Positions 49,363 to 60,701 of a stretch of 63,729 bases of DNA are shown one piece after another (within the stretch, counting starts at the first letter, position 1; every line of letters starts with the position of its first letter). The notes beneath the pieces were generated by a model. That model saw nothing but the letters and a program-made list of their open reading frames with translations. It was not told the DNA's origin and made no database searches. The stretch is from assembly GCA_944358695.1 (NCBI GenBank), contig CALVRM010000021.1, positions 1 to 63,729 on the forward strand. The letters are read 5' to 3'. The translations under genes and the position numbers were made by a program. Source of the DNA: an uncultured Bacilli bacterium. Its GTDB lineage: Bacteria > Bacillota_I > Bacilli_A > RF39 > UBA660.

Positions 49363-50178
49363 ATGGAATTAGCAACAAAAAAACAAGAGTTTGTAGAAAA
49401 TGTTGGATATATTACGGAAAATAGTGTTAATGTTAAGTTTAACGATGATCTAAATTGGCCTATTGAATATATTAGATTTGACAATGCAGTTTACTCAAAT
49501 CCAGACAAAGTAAGAGACCAATTGTTAAGCATTAGTCACAACGTTCAAAAAGCATTATCAATGGGAAGAAGGTTAGAAAAAGTTTCCGATCATGGACCGC
49601 ATATAGATCCATTTATTATAAAATATCATCCGGCCTGGATTTCAATTAGAAGACAATTTGGTTTTACTCATGAATCAGATGGAGAAGTCCAATGCACTAA
49701 AAGTGATTGTGCGGAAAAGTATGAGAACCAAATTCGTGATGGTTTTATATCATTAGGTATAGGTGTGGATTATGGTAGGCGAGTTAAAAGAGATGCTCTA
49801 TTAAGTACAAAAGTTTTCAATGAGCTATTTCCAGAAGAAACAGTTGCCAAGTTGATAGGTGACACGGCAAATAATCATCCAGATTTTAACGCTTTTCGTG
49901 ATGTTTATATTGAAAAACTAAGAATTGAATTTTACCAGAACCAAAGAGCACAAGGAGTTAAAGAACAAGATGTAGCGTTTAGTTATAAAGGGGTTGGATG
50001 GACACTTGGACCAGATAATTTTCCTTTACTTACAATTGGCAGTAATAAAAATAGAAAAACTTATGATTTTCGAAATTCAAAAGCCAAAGCTATATTTTAT
50101 AAAAAGTTGGCTGATAAAAACCCTAAGACTGAATTCGGCAAAGCGTTTCATAAAGCGATTAAAACTGCGAGGTATTAA
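49363..50178 (+). CDS. Hypothetical protein (ORFan)
   Basis: TTGACT-17-TATTAT promoter; RBS GAGGTG. Confidence 0.7.
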   Translation: MELATKKQEFVENVGYITENSVNVKFNDDLNWPIEYIRFDNAVYSNPDKVRDQLLSISHNVQKALSMGRRLEKVSDHGPHIDPFIIKYHPAWISIRRQFGFTHESDGEVQCTKSDCAEKYENQIRDGFISLGIGVDYGRRVKRDALLSTKVFNELFPEETVAKLIGDTANNHPDFNAFRDVYIEKLRIEFYQNQRAQGVKEQDVAFSYKGVGWTLGPDNFPLLTIGSNKNRKTYDFRNSKAKAIFYKKLADKNPKTEFGKAFHKAIKTARY

Positions 50179-50322
50179 TAAACTTTATTAATACTTTTTT
50201 ATAAATTCTTGCATTTTTTATCAAAGTAGTGTATATTATTAGTGTACTTATTCTTGGATTAGAAGAACTCCATCTTTTATTCTAGGATTAAGCATCATTA
50301 AATAAGAAAAGGAGGAATGGAT

Positions 50323-50592
50323 GTGGCTTTAACAAAAGAACAAAGAGCAAGTATCGTTAAGAAATATGGTAAAGATGAACAGGACACTGGTTCTGCTGCG
50401 GTTCAAATTGCCATTCTTACCGAAGAAATTAACGAGTTAAATGAACATTTAAAAACTCATCCACATGACTATCATTCAAAAAGAGGACTTCTTAAAAAAG
50501 TTGGTCATAGGAAGAGTTTACAAAAATACTTAATGCAAAAAGATATTACTGAATATCGCAAACTTATTAAATCTTTAGGCTTAAGAAAATAA
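50323..50592 (+). CDS. rpsO: 30S ribosomal protein S15
   Basis: [27 protein letters not shown] start fits RBS spacing better than ATG 50317. Confidence 0.98.
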   Translation: MALTKEQRASIVKKYGKDEQDTGSAAVQIAILTEEINELNEHLKTHPHDYHSKRGLLKKVGHRKSLQKYLMQKDITEYRKLIKSLGLRK

Positions 50593-50642
50593 TAAAAATA
50601 CGTAGGCACTCTTTTTTGGGTGTCTTTTATATAGGAGGACGT

Positions 50643-52775
50643 ATGAAAAAAACATTTGAATTAGATTTTAGAGGTCGAAAATTAATTGTTGAACATGGGC
50701 AATTAGCCAAACAAGCTAGTGGTGCTGTGTTAGTAAGATATGGCGATACAGTCGTTTTATCAACTGTTGTAGTTTCAAAAACAGCCAATTTGTTATCAGA
50801 TTTCTTCCCATTGATGGTTCTATATCAAGAAAAACTATACTCAGTTGGTAAAATCCCTGGTGGATTTATTAAAAGGGAAGGACGTCCTACGGAAAATGCT
50901 ACTTTAGCTGCTCGAATGATCGATAGGCCAATGCGTCCATTATTCCCTGAGGATTTTAAAAATGAAGTGCAAATTGTTAATACGGTTTTGTCTGTTGACC
51001 CCAACAATTCTCCAGAAATGGCGGCATTATTTGGTTCTTCTTTAGCTACTTCAATTAGTAAAATACCGTTTAATGGACCGGTTGCTAGTGTAAAAGTAGG
51101 CCGTATAAATGGCGAGTTAATTATTAATCCAACCACTGAACAAGCGGAAATTTCGGATATTGATTTAACTGTTGCTGGAACCAAAGAAGCGATTAACATG
51201 GTTGAATCTTCGGCGAAGGAAGTTAACGAAGATGATATGCTTGAAGCTTTAATGTTTGGTCATGAGGCCATCAAAGAACTTATTACTTTTGAAGAAACAA
51301 TCATTAAAGAAATCGGCGAACCCAAAATGGCGTATGAAAAATTAGAAATTTCTGAAACCCTTCGAGACGAAATTGTTAATTATATTAAAGAGCCATTAGA
51401 CGAAGCTTTAAGAATTAAAGATAAGCTAGACAAGTATGAGAAAATAGATGAAATCAAAACTAATTTAATTAACAAGTATCAAGAAGCCAACGAAGAACAA
51501 TTAAAACCAGAAGAGCTAAAAGAATTGTTGACCAAGGTAACTTTGGTTTTCGAAGAAGTAGAGTATGAGGTTTTCCGTAAAATTGTCGTTTTAGAAAAAA
51601 AACGTGCTGACGGCCGTAAAATGAAAGAAATAAGGCCATTATCAGCAGCTGTCGATATTTTACCAAGAACCCATGGATCAGCACTATTTACTAGAGGGGA
51701 AACTCAAAGTTTATCAGTAACTACTTTGGGGGCATTAGGTGAACATCAAATTTTAGATGGTTTAGATTTAGAATCAGAAAAAAGGTTTATGCTTCATTAC
51801 AATTTTCCTCAATTTTCAGTTGGTGAAACTGGTAGATATGGTGCTCCAGGGAGAAGAGAAATCGGGCATGGAGCTTTAGGGGAAAAAGCTTTAGCCCAAG
51901 TTATCCCTTCAGAAGAAGAATTTCCATATACTATCAGAGTCGTTTCTGAAATTTTAGAGAGTAATGGTTCATCTTCTCAAGCTAGTATTTGTGCCGGCTG
52001 TATGAGTTTAATGGCCGCTGGTGTTCCAATTAAGGCTCCAGTAGCTGGTATCGCCATGGGCCTAATTACTGCCGGTAATGAATATACTATTTTAACTGAT
52101 ATTCAAGGCCTGGAAGATCACTTGGGGGATATGGACTTTAAGGTAGCAGGGACTAAAGATGGAATCTGCGCTTTACAAATGGACATTAAAATTAAAGGTA
52201 TTAGTAAAGAAATTTTAAAAGAAGCATTATATCAGGCTAAAGAAGCTCGATTGCAAATTTTAGATGTTATTACTGATACAATTTCCGAACCAAGACCAGA
52301 AGTTAGTGAATATGCACCCAAAATGCTTACCTTTACTATTAATCCTGATAAAATTAAAGAAGTTATCGGAAAAGGCGGCGAAATGATTACCAAAATTATT
52401 TTGGAAACTAGTAATGTTAAAAGTGTTAATGATGTTAATGCGGTTAAAGTTGACTTAGAAGATGATGGGACAGTAATTATTTATCATAGTGATAAACAAA
52501 TTATCGAAGAAACTGCCAGACGAATTCAGGACGTAGTTAAAGAAGTAGAAATGGATACTATTTATACAGGTAAAGTTGTCAAAGTGGAAGATTTTGGCTG
52601 CTTTGTAGAATTATGGCCGGGAACAGAAGGTTTGGTACACGTTTCCCAGTTGGATACTAAACGAATAGAAAAACCAAGCGACCTTGTTAAAGTCGGTGAT
52701 GAAATTTTAGTTAAATCGTTAGGATATGATAAGAAAGGAAGACTAAATTTATCCAGAAAGGAAGCGATTAAATAG
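50643..52775 (+). CDS. pnp: Polyribonucleotide nucleotidyltransferase
   Basis: [39 protein letters not shown] and S1 domains. Confidence 0.98.
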   Translation: MKKTFELDFRGRKLIVEHGQLAKQASGAVLVRYGDTVVLSTVVVSKTANLLSDFFPLMVLYQEKLYSVGKIPGGFIKREGRPTENATLAARMIDRPMRPLFPEDFKNEVQIVNTVLSVDPNNSPEMAALFGSSLATSISKIPFNGPVASVKVGRINGELIINPTTEQAEISDIDLTVAGTKEAINMVESSAKEVNEDDMLEALMFGHEAIKELITFEETIIKEIGEPKMAYEKLEISETLRDEIVNYIKEPLDEALRIKDKLDKYEKIDEIKTNLINKYQEANEEQLKPEELKELLTKVTLVFEEVEYEVFRKIVVLEKKRADGRKMKEIRPLSAAVDILPRTHGSALFTRGETQSLSVTTLGALGEHQILDGLDLESEKRFMLHYNFPQFSVGETGRYGAPGRREIGHGALGEKALAQVIPSEEEFPYTIRVVSEILESNGSSSQASICAGCMSLMAAGVPIKAPVAGIAMGLITAGNEYTILTDIQGLEDHLGDMDFKVAGTKDGICALQMDIKIKGISKEILKEALYQAKEARLQILDVITDTISEPRPEVSEYAPKMLTFTINPDKIKEVIGKGGEMITKIILETSNVKSVNDVNAVKVDLEDDGTVIIYHSDKQIIEETARRIQDVVKEVEMDTIYTGKVVKVEDFGCFVELWPGTEGLVHVSQLDTKRIEKPSDLVKVGDEILVKSLGYDKKGRLNLSRKEAIK

Positions 52776-53173
52776 TGGCTGATAAAGCTTTGTTAAAAGC
52801 TGCCGCAATTATCGGGATTGTCATTGGAATCATTAGCTGTTTATTCATAATTGGCTTAATTTGGGGGATCCCGATGATTATCGGTGGATACAAATTATAT
52901 GATTATTCTAATATGCCAGATAATGAAGTAGTGAATTATAAATCATCAATTTTAGGATGGTCTATCTTCTTCATTTTTTTCTCATTTATTTCTGGAATAC
53001 TAGGGTTAATTTATTATATAGGATTAACCAGTTTAAATAATCAAATGTATAAAGATGTTGATAGTACAGATTATGTAGCTGAATTAGAAAATTTAAAAAA
53101 ATTATATGATGATAAAATTTTAACAAAAGAGGAATATCAAAATAAAAAGAAGCAAATATTAGATAAAATATAA
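52775..53173 (+). CDS. Membrane protein with C-terminal SHOCT domain
   Basis: TM helices; ELENLKKLYDDKILTKEEYQNKKKQIL. Confidence 0.8.
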   Translation: MADKALLKAAAIIGIVIGIISCLFIIGLIWGIPMIIGGYKLYDYSNMPDNEVVNYKSSILGWSIFFIFFSFISGILGLIYYIGLTSLNNQMYKDVDSTDYVAELENLKKLYDDKILTKEEYQNKKKQILDKI

Positions 53174-53321
53174 ACCATAAAGTGAGTATTAAAAACCATT
53201 TTATGGTTTTTTTGTGAGATTTTGGAATTGAATGATATTTGTCAAGAGATAATTACAAAAAAGAGTAAGAAGAAAAGATTTAGTGGGTGCTAAATCTTAA
53301 AATAAATAGTAAAAAATGTAA

Positions 53322-53582
53322 GTACTATTCAATATAAAAACAAAAGATAAAATTATTAAAACTTGTCAGACGACAATTTGGATGTATAAGAATGCCAATT
53401 GGTGGACTTTAACTCCTGATTCTTTTAAAATTGCTTATATACGTTATCAAGACCGCGTTAATTATACTATCAGTAAATTTGCCGTTCTTGCTAATTATGG
53501 GGCTCGCCCAGCACTTTATTTAAATTCTAACATCGACTTAAGTGGAAGTGGTAGTCAATCAGATCCCTATACGATTAATTGA
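53322..53582 (+). pseudogene. C-terminal remnant of a DUF6273-like surface protein
   Basis: WMY..ANWWTLTP...YGARPALYL...GSGSQSDPY; frame open only back to the stop at 53319; no RBS. Confidence 0.55.
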
Positions 53583-53762
53583 TTACACAGGTTTGAAATT
53601 ATAAAAACATTAAAAGTTAAACAATATATAATAAAAACATACTTATAAAAGTAAAATTATTCTAAGCATACAGTGATGTATGTTTTTTCTTATATTTTTC
53701 ACAAAAACAGCACGCTATTTTCACAAACGCTTCATATACTTAATAACAGAAAGGAGAAGGAA

Positions 53763-55205
53763 ATGTATATTTTAAAAAATGCTTGGACTAATATAAAAAG
53801 AAATTTAGGCCGAAACGTTTTAATTGGGATTATTATTCTAGTTGTTACTGCCAGCAGTTGTATAGCCATATCAATAAACACTTCCGGAAATAAATTAATT
53901 GATAGCTATGTCAATAAAAATCAATTAGAAGTCAGTTTTAATCTCGATATGAAAAATTTTAGACAAGATAAAAATAGTAATAGTGATACTACTATTGATA
54001 AGCTAACAGTTGAAGATATAAATAAATATGGTGATTCAAATTATGTTTCTAGTTATTATTATACCTTAGAGACTAGTCTATCTTCAGGCGATATAGAAGC
54101 TATTGATATGAGTGAAATCTTCAAAAAATCTGATGAAGCACCGGACGATAATTATGGTAATAAACCAGATGGCGGAGAAGAAAATCATAGCCGGCCAAGT
54201 CAAGGGGATTTTAAAATTACAGCATATTCAGACATTTCATATAATGAATCTTTTGTAGAAGGAACTTCAAAAATCGTCGATGGGAGTATGATTACCAATG
54301 AAGATAAAGAAAATAACATTATTATCAGTGAAGATTTAGCAGAAGAGAATGATTTAGAAGTTGGAGATACTATAACATTATATTCACCATCAGATACCAG
54401 CCAAACTTATGAGTTTAAAATAGTTGGTATTTTTGAAACCGAAAGTAATAGTAGTGATGACAATTTTATGAATATGTCGGCTTTAAATAGTCAAAACCAA
54501 ATTTATACAACAGTTACGGCAATAAATAAAATCCTAGAGAATGACGATAATACCAATAGTTTAAATGCTAGATTTTACTTGCAAAATTCTGATGACTTTG
54601 ATAAATTCGAAAAGGAAGTTCGAGAAAAGGGATTAAGCGATTACTATCAAGTTTCAAATAATATCGACCAAATTACTGCCACTTTAAAACCGATTCAAAA
54701 TATTAGTAATTTCTCTTTAACTTTCCTTATAATTATTTTAATTGTTGGAGCTATCATATTAACAGTTATTAATATGTTAAATATTCGTGACCGTAAATAT
54801 GAAATTGGTGTTTTAAGGTCAATCGGTATGAGTAAAATAAAATTAATAACTCAATTAATTTTAGAACTATTTATTATTGCTGTAATTTCCTTTATTATAG
54901 GTACGGCTATTGGCTATGGATTAAGTCAGCCAGCGACCGATAAGATATTAGAACAAGAAATTAATAGCTATCAAGAAGAACAAATGAAAACGGAAAATAA
55001 TTTTGGCGGTAAAGGCTTTGACAGGCCAAATCGCGGAATAATGGCTAGTAGTAATTATATTGATGATTTAAAAATTTCTTTCAATGGTATTACTATATTA
55101 GAATTATTTGGTGTTAGTATTTTATTAGTAATAGTCAGTGGTAGCGTGTCAGCACTTTTTGTAACAAAATATGAACCAAATAAAATTTTACAAAACAGAA
55201 ACTAA
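53763..55205 (+). CDS. ABC transporter permease (MacB/FtsX-like)
   Basis: LKNAWTNIKRN, RKYEIGVLRSIGM, YEPNKIL. Confidence 0.9.
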   Translation: MYILKNAWTNIKRNLGRNVLIGIIILVVTASSCIAISINTSGNKLIDSYVNKNQLEVSFNLDMKNFRQDKNSNSDTTIDKLTVEDINKYGDSNYVSSYYYTLETSLSSGDIEAIDMSEIFKKSDEAPDDNYGNKPDGGEENHSRPSQGDFKITAYSDISYNESFVEGTSKIVDGSMITNEDKENNIIISEDLAEENDLEVGDTITLYSPSDTSQTYEFKIVGIFETESNSSDDNFMNMSALNSQNQIYTTVTAINKILENDDNTNSLNARFYLQNSDDFDKFEKEVREKGLSDYYQVSNNIDQITATLKPIQNISNFSLTFLIIILIVGAIILTVINMLNIRDRKYEIGVLRSIGMSKIKLITQLILELFIIAVISFIIGTAIGYGLSQPATDKILEQEINSYQEEQMKTENNFGGKGFDRPNRGIMASSNYIDDLKISFNGITILELFGVSILLVIVSGSVSALFVTKYEPNKILQNRN

Positions 55206-55208
55206 GAG

Positions 55209-55871
55209 GTGATAAATATTTTAAAATTAAAAAATGTAAATTTCACGTATGACAATGAACGATATGTTCTTGAAAACATAAACCTTGAATTTGATCAAGG
55301 AAAACTATACGGCGTTTTTGGTCCTAGTGGAGCGGGAAAGTCAACGCTCCTTAGTTTAATGGCCGGCTTAGAAAAATGTAAAGAAGGTGAAATTTTATAT
55401 AAAGATAAAAACTTATCAAAAATGAATCGCGATTATTATCGTTGCCATAATGTTGGAATTATTTTTCAAAGTTATAATTTACTGCCATATTTGACCGCCT
55501 TAGAAAATGTTATTTTATCTATGGATATTAGTGGAATTAAGGATAAAAATAAAGAAGATAAAGCGTTAAAATTCTTAAAAAAAGTTGGGATTGATGAAGA
55601 TAAAGCAAAGCGTAGAATATTAACATTATCAGGCGGGGAACAACAAAGAGTTTCTATTGCTAGAGCATTAGCTTATAATCCAGATATAATTTTAGCTGAC
55701 GAGCCAACCGGTAATTTAGATAAAGAAACAGAAGCAGCTATTTTAAACATTTTTACTTCTTTAGCTCACAAAGATAAAAAATGTGTAATTATAATTTCTC
55801 ATTCTAATAAAGTTAAAGAAAAAGTAGATGTAGTTAGTTATCTTAAGAAAGGGAAAATAGAAATTATTTAA
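55209..55871 (+). CDS. ABC transporter ATP-binding protein
   Basis: GPSGAGKST, LSGGEQQRV, LADEPTGNLD. Confidence 0.95.
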   Translation: MINILKLKNVNFTYDNERYVLENINLEFDQGKLYGVFGPSGAGKSTLLSLMAGLEKCKEGEILYKDKNLSKMNRDYYRCHNVGIIFQSYNLLPYLTALENVILSMDISGIKDKNKEDKALKFLKKVGIDEDKAKRRILTLSGGEQQRVSIARALAYNPDIILADEPTGNLDKETEAAILNIFTSLAHKDKKCVIIISHSNKVKEKVDVVSYLKKGKIEII

Positions 55872-55873
55872 CT

Positions 55874-55904
55874 AGTAGGCTATTATTATCTTAGCCTACT
55901 TTTT
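55874..55904 (+). terminator. Intrinsic terminator
   Basis: AGTAGGCTA-9nt-TAGCCTACT-TTTT. Confidence 0.8.
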
Positions 55905-55985
55905 GTGTCATTATTTACAATTAAGTTTATATCAAGTATAATTGTTATAAAATAAAGACTTTTAAAATCGGTTTGAGGTGTAAAC

Positions 55986-57542
55986 ATGAAAAAACAGACA
56001 GTAGTAATAATTGGCGCTGGGCCAGCAGGATTAACGGCGGGATATGAACTATTAAAAAATAATGCTAATTATGAAGTAATAATCTTAGAGGAAAGTAATG
56101 ATATTGGTGGAATTTCTAAAACAATTAATTATCTTGGTAATCGCATGGATATTGGTGGACATCGTTTTTTCTCTAAAAACTCGGATGTAAAAGATTTTTG
56201 GACAAATATTATGCCATTACAAGGAAAACCATCTGTTGACGATAAATTATTAGGTAAAGAAAAAAAATTTGTTCAACATGGACCAGATCCTAATACTGAA
56301 GATAAAGTAATGCTTTTGCGTCAGCGGGTATCTAGAATTTATTATTTGAAAAAGTTTTTTGATTATCCAATTACTTTGAAATTTCAAACTTTTCAGAATT
56401 TAGGATTAAAATTAACTTTTGTTAGTGGTATTAGCTATTTAAAATCGATTGTATTAAAAAAAGAAGAAAGTTCTTTAGAAAACTTTTATATAAATCGTTT
56501 TGGTCAAAAACTATATCAAATGTTTTTTGAAAATTATACCGAAAAGCTTTGGGGACGCCATCCGTCAGAAATAAGCGCTGACTGGGGAAGTCAAAGAGTA
56601 AGAGGACTTTCAATTAAAAAAATTATAACAGATATGCTGAATAAAGCCTTTAATATTAAAGCAGAAACTGAAACTTCATTAATTGAAGAGTTTATGTATC
56701 CTAAATATGGACCAGGGCATTTCTGGGAAATTGTTGCCGAAGAATTTATTAAAATGGGGGGGCACATAAAAAAGAATCATGAAGTAATTACTATTAAGCG
56801 TAGTAAAAATAAAATAATTTCAGTTGTTTGTCAAACCAAGTCGCAGGCCAAAGAAATAAAAGGCGATATTTTTATTTCTTCAATGCCTCTTAAAGATCTA
56901 GTTATAAATTTTAGTCCAAAAGTTTCTAATAAATATTACAACATTGCTAAAGGGTTACCATATCGCGATTTTGTAACAGTCGGTTTATTGGTAAAAAAAT
57001 TAAATATAAAAAATGAAACAAAGATAAAAACTGTCGCTAATATCATTCCTGATTGTTGGATATATGTCCAAGAGCCAAATATTAAATTAGGAAGACTTCA
57101 AATTTTTAATAATTGGTCACCATATATGGTTAAGGATTTTGAAAAAACTATATGGCTTGGTTTAGAATATTTTTGTGATGAAAACGACAATTTTTGGAAT
57201 ATGGACACAAAGGAATGCATTGATTTTTCTATTAATGAGCTAAGTAAAATGGGAATAATAGATGGTTGCAATGTTATTGATGCTCATTTAGAAAAAGTAA
57301 AAAAAGCTTATCCAGCATATTTCGATACGTATAAAGATATAAACATTTTAATCAATTATTTAAATAAATTTGATAATTTATATTGTATTGGCCGAAATGG
57401 CCAGCACCGTTATAATAATATGGATCATTCAATGATGACTGCTTTTGAGACTGTTAAAAACATTTCAAACGGTGTTAAATGTAAAGATAATATCTGGCAC
57501 GTTAATACAGAAAAAACTTATCATGAAAGCAATGAAAAGTAG
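55986..57542 (+). CDS. NAD(P)/FAD-dependent oxidoreductase (UDP-galactopyranose mutase/amine oxidase-like)
   Basis: [37 protein letters not shown]. Confidence 0.85.
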   Translation: MKKQTVVIIGAGPAGLTAGYELLKNNANYEVIILEESNDIGGISKTINYLGNRMDIGGHRFFSKNSDVKDFWTNIMPLQGKPSVDDKLLGKEKKFVQHGPDPNTEDKVMLLRQRVSRIYYLKKFFDYPITLKFQTFQNLGLKLTFVSGISYLKSIVLKKEESSLENFYINRFGQKLYQMFFENYTEKLWGRHPSEISADWGSQRVRGLSIKKIITDMLNKAFNIKAETETSLIEEFMYPKYGPGHFWEIVAEEFIKMGGHIKKNHEVITIKRSKNKIISVVCQTKSQAKEIKGDIFISSMPLKDLVINFSPKVSNKYYNIAKGLPYRDFVTVGLLVKKLNIKNETKIKTVANIIPDCWIYVQEPNIKLGRLQIFNNWSPYMVKDFEKTIWLGLEYFCDENDNFWNMDTKECIDFSINELSKMGIIDGCNVIDAHLEKVKKAYPAYFDTYKDINILINYLNKFDNLYCIGRNGQHRYNNMDHSMMTAFETVKNISNGVKCKDNIWHVNTEKTYHESNEK

Positions 57543-57605
57543 AGTAAAAATGTTTTGTATATGCTTAAAATGTGCTATAATGAAATAGATAATGGAGGAA
57601 GAATT

Positions 57606-59777
57606 ATGGCCAAAAAGAAAAAGAGAAAATCACCAGAGAAAAAAAGTGCTGCTTACAGCGTTGAAATAAAGGGAATTGTATTAATCCTTATCGCTATTAT
57701 TGGATGCTGTCCATTTGGTATAGTTGCCGATATAATTCGCGGATTTGCTGCCTTTTTAGTTGGCGTTTGGTATATACCATTACTTATTTTGGTTGGGGCT
57801 TGCGGTGTTTATATGATGGTAAAAAGAGAAACACCGGATTTTTTAACTTCGCGATTAATCGGTTTTTATATTTTAGTTTTAGGTATTTTAATCCTTTCAC
57901 ATACTGGCTATATTGCAAGTTTAAGTAAACACGGTATTGAAGGCCTTGAAATGTTTACAGAGACGGTTAATAATCTAATGGGGTTTATTCAAGGGGCTGT
58001 GGATGTTCAAGGTGGGGGCATGCTTGGAGCTCTATTCGCTGTACTGTTTGTTAGTTTGCTCACCTTACATGGTACCGAAGTAGTTTGTATTGCTTTAATT
58101 ATTTGTGGATTAATTATGTTTACTGGCATTTCTATTTATGATGTTGTAATATGGGTTAAAGAAAAACATCAAAAAGCTAAGGAACTTAAAGCAAACATTC
58201 AAGCAGAACGTGCGGCTAAAGAAGCCGAAGAAAAATATGAAGAAGACAAAAAGATTGTTATTTCTTCTATTGACGAATTGCCGAAAACTAAAGTTAAAGA
58301 AGAAAAAGAGGAAGAGCTTACTGAAAATCTTCCATCAGGAACGTATAAGAAACCTTCAATTAATATCCTAACAAAACCTAAAAAAGTAAATGTTAAAGAA
58401 AATCAAGAAGCGATAAAGAAAAATGTTATCGATTTAGAAAAAGTTTTAAGCGATTTTGGAATTGAAGGAAAAGTCGTGGCGGCTAATATCGGACCTTCAG
58501 TCACGCAGTATGAATTAGAATTAAAATCAGGAACCAAAGTTTCTAAAATTACGGGTATTAACAAAGAGATCGCCCTAGAATTAGGGGCTAGAGATGTTCG
58601 AATTCAAGCGCCAATTCCTGGCAAAAAAACGGTTGGTATTGAACTACCTAATAAAGTAATTAGTCCAGTTGCCATTAGAGAAATACTAGAAGAAGTTCCA
58701 AAATCTAAAGAAGATAGTAAGCTTTTAGTCGCTTTGGGGCGTAGTATTATGGGAAATCCTATTTGGTGTGAGATTGATAAAACACCTCATTTATTAGTTG
58801 CCGGAAGTACTGGTAGCGGTAAGTCAGTTTGCATTAATAGCATGATAACATCTATTTTAATGCGAACTAATCCCGACGAAGTAAAATTAGTTTTAGTTGA
58901 TCCTAAAAAAGTAGAACTTTCTATGTACAATGGTGTTCCACATTTACTAACTCCCGTGGTAACAGATCCTAAAAAAGCCAACATTGTTTTGCAAAAAATT
59001 GTTAAAATAATGGAGGATAGATATGAGCTTTTTGAGGAAAGTCGAACTAAAAATATCGCTGGTTATAATGCTTATGTAGCTAAGAAGAATGAAACTTTAG
59101 AAGATAATCAATTACAACCACTTCCATATATTGTCGTTATTATCGATGAGTTAGCTGATTTAATGTTAGTAGCGGCTAAAGAAGTTGAAGATTCAATCAT
59201 GAGAATTACCCAAATGGCTAGAGCCGCCGGCATTCACTTGATAGTAGCCACACAAAGACCAAGCACCGATGTTATTACCGGGGTAGTAAAAGCCAATATA
59301 CCATCGAGAATTGCTTTTGCTGTTTCTAGCAGTATTGATTCTAGAACAATTTTAGATATGAGCGGAGCCGAAAAACTTTTAGGAAAAGGAGATATGCTTT
59401 TAAAACCGCAAGGCGAAAATATTCCAATTCGAGTTCAAGGAAATTTTATTAGTGATGAGGAGATAAAAGCAGTTGTTGATTATACTATTAAACAGCAAAA
59501 AGCTAAATATGATAATTCCTTGACAATTTCCGAAGAAGATAAAGGAGCTACTACTATGGTTCAAGATGACTATGAAGAGCCACTTTATAATGAAATTGTT
59601 GAATTTGTTATCACTCAAGGTAAAGCCAGTGCTTCGTTATTACAAAGAAGATTTCGCTTGGGGTATAATAGAGCCGCAAGATGTATAGACTTATTAGAGG
59701 AACGTGGTATTGTTGGCCCAGCAAATGGATCAAAACCAAGAGAAGTCCTCGTAAAAATGGAAAATACAGAAGAATAG
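57606..59777 (+). CDS. ftsK: DNA translocase FtsK/SpoIIIE
   Basis: N-terminal TMs, AGSTGSGKS, IIDELADLM, gamma domain LQRRFRLGYNRAAR. Confidence 0.96.
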   Translation: MAKKKKRKSPEKKSAAYSVEIKGIVLILIAIIGCCPFGIVADIIRGFAAFLVGVWYIPLLILVGACGVYMMVKRETPDFLTSRLIGFYILVLGILILSHTGYIASLSKHGIEGLEMFTETVNNLMGFIQGAVDVQGGGMLGALFAVLFVSLLTLHGTEVVCIALIICGLIMFTGISIYDVVIWVKEKHQKAKELKANIQAERAAKEAEEKYEEDKKIVISSIDELPKTKVKEEKEEELTENLPSGTYKKPSINILTKPKKVNVKENQEAIKKNVIDLEKVLSDFGIEGKVVAANIGPSVTQYELELKSGTKVSKITGINKEIALELGARDVRIQAPIPGKKTVGIELPNKVISPVAIREILEEVPKSKEDSKLLVALGRSIMGNPIWCEIDKTPHLLVAGSTGSGKSVCINSMITSILMRTNPDEVKLVLVDPKKVELSMYNGVPHLLTPVVTDPKKANIVLQKIVKIMEDRYELFEESRTKNIAGYNAYVAKKNETLEDNQLQPLPYIVVIIDELADLMLVAAKEVEDSIMRITQMARAAGIHLIVATQRPSTDVITGVVKANIPSRIAFAVSSSIDSRTILDMSGAEKLLGKGDMLLKPQGENIPIRVQGNFISDEEIKAVVDYTIKQQKAKYDNSLTISEEDKGATTMVQDDYEEPLYNEIVEFVITQGKASASLLQRRFRLGYNRAARCIDLLEERGIVGPANGSKPREVLVKMENTEE

Positions 59778-59793
59778 AAAAGAAGGTGAGAAC

Positions 59794-60516
59794 ATGGCAC
59801 GACCAATTCATGAAGAAAAAGATGTAAGTTCTTTACGAATATTTATTACATTTATCCTTTTAGTAATAGCAGTAATCAGTTATGTGGCTATAAATAAATA
59901 TATGTCTACTGATCCAACTGATACAGAAAAAAACATTGTTGATAAAACTAAAAATGAAGCGATGACTGACGATGACGCTATTAAACTTGCAACCGAAAAA
60001 TATTATATTGCCGTAGCATCTGTTACTAATACTAAAAGCGACATTGATAAAATATATAATTTAGTAAAAACAAATGATGTTGTGCTAGATAAACAAGAGC
60101 TTATTGACAATCTAAATAAGTTTGGAGTTAAAACATATGCCATGAACTCTGCTGTTCAATTAGTCAGCAATTATGATGAAGCTATAACCAATAATTTTAC
60201 TAATGAATTTATCAATAATAATATTTTGTATCCAAAAGGCTTTATTGGAAAAGTTAATAATGATTATTATTTGATAAAGGAAAAAACTGATAACTATTTC
60301 TTTAAAGAAGCTGATTTAAAATTAATGAGTAAAACAAGCAATGAACTTTATTTTCAAGTTGTTAACACTAATTATGATACTAGCTGTGTTAGTGCCGGTT
60401 CTACTATTCCAAGTATAACCTGTTCTGATACTAAAGAAAGTAAGGCTACTGATTTTCGTTTGGTAAAAGATGGTGACAATTGGAAAGTGTCTGAAATAAC
60501 TTTAATAACCACTTAA
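59794..60516 (+). CDS. Membrane-anchored hypothetical protein
   Basis: N-terminal TM helix; RBS AAGGTGAG. Confidence 0.7.
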   Translation: MARPIHEEKDVSSLRIFITFILLVIAVISYVAINKYMSTDPTDTEKNIVDKTKNEAMTDDDAIKLATEKYYIAVASVTNTKSDIDKIYNLVKTNDVVLDKQELIDNLNKFGVKTYAMNSAVQLVSNYDEAITNNFTNEFINNNILYPKGFIGKVNNDYYLIKEKTDNYFFKEADLKLMSKTSNELYFQVVNTNYDTSCVSAGSTIPSITCSDTKESKATDFRLVKDGDNWKVSEITLITT

Positions 60517-60701
60517 AAATTTTTAGATTTTGGTTAAAAATATATAATATTCAACTTTAGCTAAAATAACTAAAGTTTTTTTGTACTTTAGCGTTACCAT
60601 AGTTATTGCTAATAAAATAAGCATGTTAGTTTTTTGCTTGAACAAAATATATAAATATGGTATTATCTATAAAGACCTTAATCAAGAAATGGAGAGATAA
60701 T

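Noticed and set aside
53272-53303. AAGATTTAG/CTAAATCTT hairpin sharing AAATCTTAAAAT with the post-VR hairpin
   Set aside because: A 12-bp AT-rich match is plausible by chance, and it lies upstream rather than downstream of the fragment.
27390-60577. Similar AACTTTAG...CTAAAGTT hairpins at 27390 and 60553 as a repeat family
   Set aside because: Only two short AT-rich copies, both in terminator positions.
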